From PVC group bacterium (GTDB lineage: Bacteria; Auribacterota; Erginobacteria; Erginobacterales; Erginobacteraceae), in NCBI GenBank assembly GCA_043804695.1, contig JAZDIV010000102.1, forward strand, positions 1 to 13,149: a stretch of DNA of 13,149 nt, read 5' to 3'. Of this stretch, positions 7,755-13,149 are shown in pieces. Every line of letters begins with the position of its first letter. Within the stretch, counting starts at the first letter, position 1. Both the position numbers and the translations under genes were made by a program. The notes below the pieces were generated by a model. The model was given only the letters and a program-made list of their open reading frames with translations. It ran no database searches and had not been told where the DNA came from.

Positions 7755-7764
7755 AAGGAATCAA
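7700..7764 (+). repeat. 65-bp direct repeat, copy 2; includes the AAAAGGA RBS for the zinc-finger gene
   Basis: 62/65 identical to 2386..2450, with differences at 7710, 7712 and 7729. Confidence 0.95.
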
Positions 7765-7767
7765 AAA

Positions 7768-7944
7768 ATGACCTATCTCATTCATTGTTCCTGGTGCGGC
7801 GACTTCCTCGGCCTGAAGACAGACGATCGGCCACCGGACAAAAACCAAGATCTCCTCGTCTCCCATGGCATCTGCCCCGAATGCGGGCAGAGGGTCACGG
7901 ACGAAGCGCTGGCGATCCGGCCCGGCAGCGTATTGTCACGGTGA
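7768..7944 (+). CDS. Small zinc-finger protein (CxxC...SHGICPxC), 58 aa
   Basis: MTYLIHCSWCGDFLG...VSHGICPECGQRV, with AAAAGGA about 8 nt upstream of ATG 7768. The CSWC/SHGICPxC pattern is a recognised stand-alone or C-terminal module in bacterial signalling proteins. Confidence 0.8.
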   Translation: MTYLIHCSWCGDFLGLKTDDRPPDKNQDLLVSHGICPECGQRVTDEALAIRPGSVLSR

Positions 7945-8005
7945 GCCGGGATTAGATGCAACCGGACCGCTTACTTTGATGAAACCGCCTCCTGGAGGAA
8001 TCAGC

Positions 8006-9583
8006 ATGAAGAAAAGCAACTGTCTATTTGCCCTTGTCACAGCAGCTCTCATCCTGGGAGGAGTCCGTCCGGCGGCGGGAGAGTTCTTCCCGTATGCCCT
8101 GCCGGAAAACGAGAGTTTTCTCCTCACGACAAACTACGTGGATCAGGATTTCATCTATAACGTTTACGAACAATACGGGAGCTGGGGGCCGTATAACCAG
8201 TGGCAGGGGTATTACCAGGGCTACATCGAGGTATACGATCATTCCTTCAATCATGTGGGAACGATCCCCGCGGAGTCCCTTTTTACCGACACGACTCTGT
8301 ATTCGAACCACGCCTGTCACGAGATCCAGGAAATAGCCTCCAACGACGAGTACCTCTATATCGGGACTTCACAGGGATACCTGGTCCAGGTTGACAAGGA
8401 AACCCTGGAGCGGACCGGGTGGTGCCTGTTCGAATATGATGTCACGGGCATAGTACCTATGGATAACGGGTACGTTTACGCGGCGACCTATTTCGGGCCG
8501 GGTCCCGGTCACTGCGAGCCGGGAAGCGATCAATTCTATAAAGTCGATCCGGACGGGATGGAGGTTGTCGCCGGCTTCTGGGCCCCCGATTCCACTCACT
8601 CGCTCGCCACCGACGGGGAGTATCTATATACCACAACCTGCGGCTATGGATACGACCCCGATCTGGAGTGGGGCAACTTTGAGGGAGAGGTAGAAGGGGG
8701 ATTGGTTCTTATGCTGGACCCGATCACGATGGAGGGCGTGAAGATCTTTTCGGCCGGGACGGAGGAACTGGGCAATGCCATCGTCGTCATCGATAAAGAG
8801 GCTTATTTTCTCGATGTTACTGACTGGGTTTATAAACTCGACCTCACCACGGGGACGTTTACGCCTTTAGTAAAGGTCCCCGGACTCTATGTCAGGAGGA
8901 TGTTTTATGCCGGTAACCGGCTGTATTTTGAGGACGAGGTTTATAAAAACGGAGCACCGGGTTATTACCGGATGGACCTCGCCGAACCCGGCCAGATTGA
9001 GCACCTGGATGCCGGTGAGAGCGTCTTCAGCGTCTGTATCTTCGACAGGAAGCTCTATATTTCCTACGGCCACGAACTGGAGATCAAAGACATCAACCGG
9101 CCTCCCGTCTTCGATGATTTCGGTCCGTACACGATATACGAAGGAGAGCCTTTGGCCTTCAAGGTCCAGGCCGTCGATCCCGACGGGGATGAATTGACGT
9201 ATGAGGTTATCGAGAATTCGTTGCCCCCCGGTGCTACCTTCGATTCCGAGTCGGGAGAATTTTCCTGGACGCCATCGCCGGGCCAGTCGAGCGAGATTCC
9301 CTATATGATTATGTTCATCGCCGCCGACGGATGGGGGGGGACGGCCGGGCACACGGTCCTGATCCAGGTGAACTGGAAATCTAAATACCAGCCTGTCCCC
9401 AAAACACGGCTAAAGAAAGAAACAGTCAGGCCCGACTGGCATAAAGGAATCGGGAAATTCAAACCACCTATCCCCGAAAAGGCGAGATGGATGGATCTCC
9501 CCGTTGAGGCGCCCCCAAAACCCTTCCCCCCGATCCCCGGGCCCGATCCGGATCCCCGGGATTTTAAAAGGGGAAAACCATGA
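8006..9583 (+). CDS. Secreted beta-propeller-like protein with a cadherin/putative-Ig (He_PIG-like) domain and a Pro-rich C-terminal tail
   Basis: GGAGGA RBS before ATG 8006 and signal peptide MKKSNCLFALVTAALILGGVRPAAG. Blade-like repeats (IASNDEYLYIGT, LATDGEYLYTTT, MFYAGNRLYF, IFDRKLYISY). Ig domain NRPPVF...EGEPLAFKVQAVDPDGDELTY...LPPGATFDSESGEFSWTP. The protein ends PFPPIPGPDPDPRDFKRGKP. Confidence 0.8.
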   Translation: MKKSNCLFALVTAALILGGVRPAAGEFFPYALPENESFLLTTNYVDQDFIYNVYEQYGSWGPYNQWQGYYQGYIEVYDHSFNHVGTIPAESLFTDTTLYSNHACHEIQEIASNDEYLYIGTSQGYLVQVDKETLERTGWCLFEYDVTGIVPMDNGYVYAATYFGPGPGHCEPGSDQFYKVDPDGMEVVAGFWAPDSTHSLATDGEYLYTTTCGYGYDPDLEWGNFEGEVEGGLVLMLDPITMEGVKIFSAGTEELGNAIVVIDKEAYFLDVTDWVYKLDLTTGTFTPLVKVPGLYVRRMFYAGNRLYFEDEVYKNGAPGYYRMDLAEPGQIEHLDAGESVFSVCIFDRKLYISYGHELEIKDINRPPVFDDFGPYTIYEGEPLAFKVQAVDPDGDELTYEVIENSLPPGATFDSESGEFSWTPSPGQSSEIPYMIMFIAADGWGGTAGHTVLIQVNWKSKYQPVPKTRLKKETVRPDWHKGIGKFKPPIPEKARWMDLPVEAPPKPFPPIPGPDPDPRDFKRGKP

Positions 9584-12500
9584 AAAAAGACATTCATATT
9601 ATTTTGTTGGTTACATCCTGTTGCTTCGCCGTCCTGATTGATGCCGGTTTCCCGGGGGCTCAGGCGGCGGTCATTTCTCACACCGTCAATTTTGAGCGGC
9701 CCGGGCTGACGTCAGAGGGAGAATATCATCTAGTTCACATGCCCGGGATGGTCACCTTCGGGAGAGATGGCGAGCCGGCCCTCCCGGTGACACAGGTAAG
9801 CCTGCTTCTTCCGCCGGGGACACGGGTGAGAGACGTGCGCTTCCGGACCGGAAGGGAGACCGTGGTCAGGGGTCGGTATATTGTCAAACCCGGGGGCGGC
9901 CAGATCAGTTCCCCGAACGGTGATGCCGCCCGTGCCCTGGAGCCTGACCTGCGAATTTACAGGTCCTCACGGATATTCCCAACTCAGAAGGGAGCGTTGA
10001 TCGGCACACAAAGACTGTGCGGGTGCGAAATCGCGGTCCTCACGCTTCACCCTGTCGAATATGTTCCGGCGTGGAGGCGTTTGAACTGGTACTCTTCGAT
10101 AACCATCGAGATTGACTGCGAAGACGTCTCAGCCCCACCGGATTTTTCGCGCGGGATCCAGCCGCTTTTTCACGATACGGAGACAACCAGAGAAAGGGTC
10201 CGGGAGTCCGTCGATAACAAGGACCGGTTTGATTCCATATACCGACTCTACCAGCGGGAGTTCAGCCGGAAGGCGTTTCCTTACGACTCTCCCCTTCTGG
10301 ACCGATACGGCCGGGGCTACGCCAGGCCGTTACCGCCGCCTCCCCCGCGGCCCGGGAATGAGATAAAATACGTGATCATCACACCTCAGGAATACAAGGA
10401 CTTCAAGGGTGACCATAGCTGGCACGCGCTCGCCGATCAGAAAGAAAGCCGGGGAATCAGCACGGAAATCGTCACCACCGAATGGATTTACGCCAATTAC
10501 AGCGGGGAAGACGACCCGGCCAAGATCAGGAACTTCATAACCGACGCCTATAATGTATGGAAGACCGAGTACGTCCTCCTCGGCGGCGACGCCGACGCGG
10601 GGGAAAAGGGTGAAGTTATCGTGCCCCTCCGCCGGATGTTCTTCGGGATTCCGGGCGACATCTACTACGCCTGCCTCGATGGCACCTACGACGACAATGG
10701 GGACGGTGAGTACGGCCAGGATTATGACGGCGTCGGAGGGGGTCTCGTTGATCTCCAGGCCGAAGTCTACGTGGGGCGGGCGCCGGTCGATTCAATCGAG
10801 GAACTTCAGAATTTCGTCCGCAAAACGATAGCGCACGAAAACGCGACCGGCGAATACCTGCACCGAGCGCTCCTGGTCGGGGAATACCTGGGCGTCTACA
10901 AAGGTCCGGATCCCTGGAAGGGGGACCGGACATACGCGAAATCATACGTCGAGGAGTGGCACCATGGTGCCCAGGAGGGGCTGGATGGCGCTGTCGAGTA
11001 TCAGACCGCGGGGTTTTCCCGGTGCCCGTTCTTGGACATTTCGACCCTTTACGAACAGGAGCGCGGCTTCGACCCGTGGGGAAAAGACGATCTGGTAAAT
11101 CTTCTCACCGAGAACGGCGGGGTCCAGGTCATTGCTCATACGGGGCATGCCAACAACCCGCACGTGATGAAAATTTACACCGCGGATGTGGCCGATCTTA
11201 ACAATACCACCTACCCGTTCATACACTCCACCGGCTGTTTTGCCGCGGCGTTTGATAACCGCGCGGATAGCTGCACATCAACGTACCTGGACGAGGATTG
11301 TATAGCCGAGCGGCTGGTCACCGCCGGTGGCGGCGCGTTCGCTTTCGTCGGTTATGTGGACGCTGCTTTCTGGTCCCAGTTCGGGACCGACGTTTCCACC
11401 CAGTACCTCGCCCGGTCATTCTGGGACACCGCCTTCGGAAAGAACGTGCATAATCTGGGAAAAATCCTCCAGCTTTCGAAGGAGAACGTTTTCTGGCTCT
11501 TCGAGTACAGCGATGAGACGTTCCACGGTCTCCTGGAGATGTATCTGGTGAACCTGCTGGGAGATCCCGAGACGCCGCTCAGGGTGCGAAGTGAAAAGGC
11601 CGCCGTCCGGTTCGAACGGAAGGTCTACCGCGGGGGCGATTACGCCCGGGTCTGGCTGACCGACCGCAACGCCGTACCCGACGGGTGGGATTATGCGAAC
11701 TACATTGATGTCGCAATCAAGAGCGATTCTTCACCCGCCGGCCTCAAGCTCAGGCTGTACCAGACCGATGCCTCAGATCCTCACCGTTTCTCCGGGACGG
11801 TAAAATTGACGGAGGACGCCTGGGCGGAGGAGGACACGTATTACCTCCCGCTCGAGGTCTCTCACGGGGACTCCATCACCGTGACCTATACCGATCCCAA
11901 CACGGGGAGCGGTACACCGATAACCGTCGGGTCTTCCTCGCTGGTGGACACCGAGCCGCCCGTCCCCGGGTCCTTTTCGGTGGAGAAAGGCTCCACCTGG
12001 TGCCACGTGAGCTTTCAGACCGATGAGCCGGCGGACGCCATCGTCGAGGGGCATGTTTACATCAATGACAGCGATTATAGAACGGCCTCCAATGGGACCA
12101 TGGGGACCGAGCACGGCATCCTTCTTGCCGGACTTCATCCCGATACGCTCTACACGGTCGGGGTCAGGGTGCGGGACAGGGCGGGAAACGAAGAACTGTA
12201 CATGATGGGGGCCAAGACCTGGGTAAAGACCCGGAAACCGGCTCCCATACTGGTCGTGGACGACGACGCCCTCAAAGATTCCTCGGCTTTCGAGAGCGGC
12301 CTCGACCAGCTCGGGCTCGACTACGACCTCTGGGACATGAACGGCTGGGAAGGTATTAACCCGGTTCCGGCGTTCGACGATCTTGCTCCTTACCAGATCG
12401 TCCTCTGGGACGCGGGCTGCGAATCGATGTTCCAGTTCAATAAAAGCCAGCCGGTCTCCCAGTTCCTCGATTCGGGTGGCCGGTTTCTGCTCGCGGGCAT

Positions 12501-12885
12501 CCTCATATTCAATGATACAAGCGATGATTTCATATCAAACTACCTGGGTGTCTGCGAACATTACGGCCATATCTGGGTCCCGGGGGTATTGGGCATCCCC
12601 GGTGATCCGATAACGTCGGATTTTATAGCCGCCACGCCGAAGAAGTGGATCGACAATACCAACTGCCAGTTATTTAGCACCTGCGACGACGCCGTAAAGA
12701 TACTCCGGAACGCGGCCTGCGCGTACCAGGACTGCCCGGAGTTTTGCGGGGTGAGATATGAAAGCCCCGAGGCCGGATTCAAAACGGTCACGCTCGGCTT
12801 ACCTTACGGGTTTCTGGAAGAATCGTCCAATTTCCCCCAGGAGTACCTGCTGGGAAAGATACTCGACTGGTTCTCCGCGCCGTAA
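9580..12885 (+). CDS. C25 family (gingipain-like) cysteine peptidase with N-terminal propeptide, Ig/FN3-like domains and a C-terminal alpha/beta domain
   Basis: Signal peptide and propeptide motif GEPALPV...LLLPPG. C25 motifs YVIIT, KIRNFI.DAY, YVLLGGD, DIYYACLDG, EVYVGRAPV and NLLGDP. Catalytic His in GHA (11146) and Cys in GC (11236). FN3-like GLHPDTLYTVGVRVRDRAGN and C-terminal ILVVDDD...FLDSGGRFLLAG. ATGA overlap with the upstream gene. Confidence 0.92.
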   Translation: MKKDIHIILLVTSCCFAVLIDAGFPGAQAAVISHTVNFERPGLTSEGEYHLVHMPGMVTFGRDGEPALPVTQVSLLLPPGTRVRDVRFRTGRETVVRGRYIVKPGGGQISSPNGDAARALEPDLRIYRSSRIFPTQKGALIGTQRLCGCEIAVLTLHPVEYVPAWRRLNWYSSITIEIDCEDVSAPPDFSRGIQPLFHDTETTRERVRESVDNKDRFDSIYRLYQREFSRKAFPYDSPLLDRYGRGYARPLPPPPPRPGNEIKYVIITPQEYKDFKGDHSWHALADQKESRGISTEIVTTEWIYANYSGEDDPAKIRNFITDAYNVWKTEYVLLGGDADAGEKGEVIVPLRRMFFGIPGDIYYACLDGTYDDNGDGEYGQDYDGVGGGLVDLQAEVYVGRAPVDSIEELQNFVRKTIAHENATGEYLHRALLVGEYLGVYKGPDPWKGDRTYAKSYVEEWHHGAQEGLDGAVEYQTAGFSRCPFLDISTLYEQERGFDPWGKDDLVNLLTENGGVQVIAHTGHANNPHVMKIYTADVADLNNTTYPFIHSTGCFAAAFDNRADSCTSTYLDEDCIAERLVTAGGGAFAFVGYVDAAFWSQFGTDVSTQYLARSFWDTAFGKNVHNLGKILQLSKENVFWLFEYSDETFHGLLEMYLVNLLGDPETPLRVRSEKAAVRFERKVYRGGDYARVWLTDRNAVPDGWDYANYIDVAIKSDSSPAGLKLRLYQTDASDPHRFSGTVKLTEDAWAEEDTYYLPLEVSHGDSITVTYTDPNTGSGTPITVGSSSLVDTEPPVPGSFSVEKGSTWCHVSFQTDEPADAIVEGHVYINDSDYRTASNGTMGTEHGILLAGLHPDTLYTVGVRVRDRAGNEELYMMGAKTWVKTRKPAPILVVDDDALKDSSAFESGLDQLGLDYDLWDMNGWEGINPVPAFDDLAPYQIVLWDAGCESMFQFNKSQPVSQFLDSGGRFLLAGILIFNDTSDDFISNYLGVCEHYGHIWVPGVLGIPGDPITSDFIAATPKKWIDNTNCQLFSTCDDAVKILRNAACAYQDCPEFCGVRYESPEAGFKTVTLGLPYGFLEESSNFPQEYLLGKILDWFSAP

Positions 12886-13062
12886 ACAAACGTTATTACT
12901 CTGAATATACGTAACAATGATAGTTGTATGGTTTTGGCCAATATAATGAAATATGCATCAGGAATAGAATGTTGGACTGTGTTGTAAAGAGGCTTTTTAT
13001 GTGTTGCCCTGATGGAACCAACTTAGTTTAAGTAGTGTCTGAACGAAAACCCCACAATCCAG

Positions 13063-13141
13063 GTCATTGCGAGGAGGAACGACGAAGCAATCTGCTTAGT
13101 TTGTGAGGAGATTGCTTCGTCGCTCCGCTCCTCGCAATGAC
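13063..13141. repeat. REP-like palindromic element (GTCATTGCGAG...CTCGCAATGAC type)
   Basis: Outer arms GTCATTGCGAGGAG / CTCCTCGCAATGAC and inner arms CGACGAAGCAATCT / AGATTGCTTCGTCG. This is a widespread intergenic palindrome type. Confidence 0.85.
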
Positions 13142-13149
13142 AAAATCTA

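Noticed and set aside
2386..7764. 65-bp repeats as target-site duplication or terminal repeats of the IS
   Set aside because: They are far longer than typical DDE target-site duplications, are direct rather than inverted, and copy 2 interrupts the transposase instead of flanking it.
7865..8005. Upstream start for the beta-propeller gene
   Set aside because: It overlaps the zinc-finger ORF. ATG 8006 has a strong GGAGGA RBS and begins the signal peptide.
82..12791. Remaining short alternative-frame and antisense ORFs in the ORF track
   Set aside because: They are nested within supported genes, lack RBS or motifs, and are expected in GC-rich DNA.
12230..12885. Response-regulator receiver domain or T9SS CTD at the C25 C-terminus
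   Set aside because: ILVVDDD resembles a receiver start, but the rest fits the alpha/beta accessory domain seen in secreted peptidases. No T9SS CTD motifs (YPNP, G.Y, K....K) are present.
12886..13030. Promoter around TATAAT at 12942-12947
   Set aside because: There is no properly spaced -35 element and no downstream gene visible, so it cannot be supported.
1..13149. Complete DGR cassette (template repeat, reverse transcriptase, Avd) or CRISPR array
   Set aside because: I found no AAC-rich second copy of 2051-2188, no RT motifs in any ORF, and no regularly spaced repeat-spacer array. The 120-nt periodic repeats are coding.

Overview
GC-rich bacterial accessory region made up mostly of predicted secreted or surface proteins, all on the + strand. 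In order: (1) a 5'-truncated hypothetical gene; (2) an adhesin-like protein (signal peptide, 3 FG-GAP-like repeats, tail-fibre-like Gly-rich stalk, C-terminal DUF1566/Lcl-type domain) whose 3' end looks like a diversity-generating retroelement (DGR) variable repeat followed by hairpins, with no template repeat or reverse transcriptase in the window; (3) a lower-GC HExxH zinc metallopeptidase with Ig-like repeats; (4) an S1/P1 nuclease; (5) a decayed stretch with a 40-bp spacerless palindrome and a C-terminally truncated IS5/ISNCY-like transposase; (6) a likely operon of a small CxxC/SHGICPxC zinc-finger protein, a beta-propeller/Ig protein and a gingipain-like C25 cysteine peptidase; (7) a terminal REP-like palindrome. 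The most notable unexplained pattern: two unrelated secreted proteins (2583..4595 and 8006..9583) both lie downstream of the same 65-bp DNA element (62/65 identical) and both end in the same Pro-rich motif, PFPPxPGPDP(DP)RxFK. One of them is translationally coupled to the C25 peptidase. This is a candidate co-regulated C-terminal tagging/processing system, and it is a hypothesis only. All family calls come from motif recognition by eye; no searches were run.
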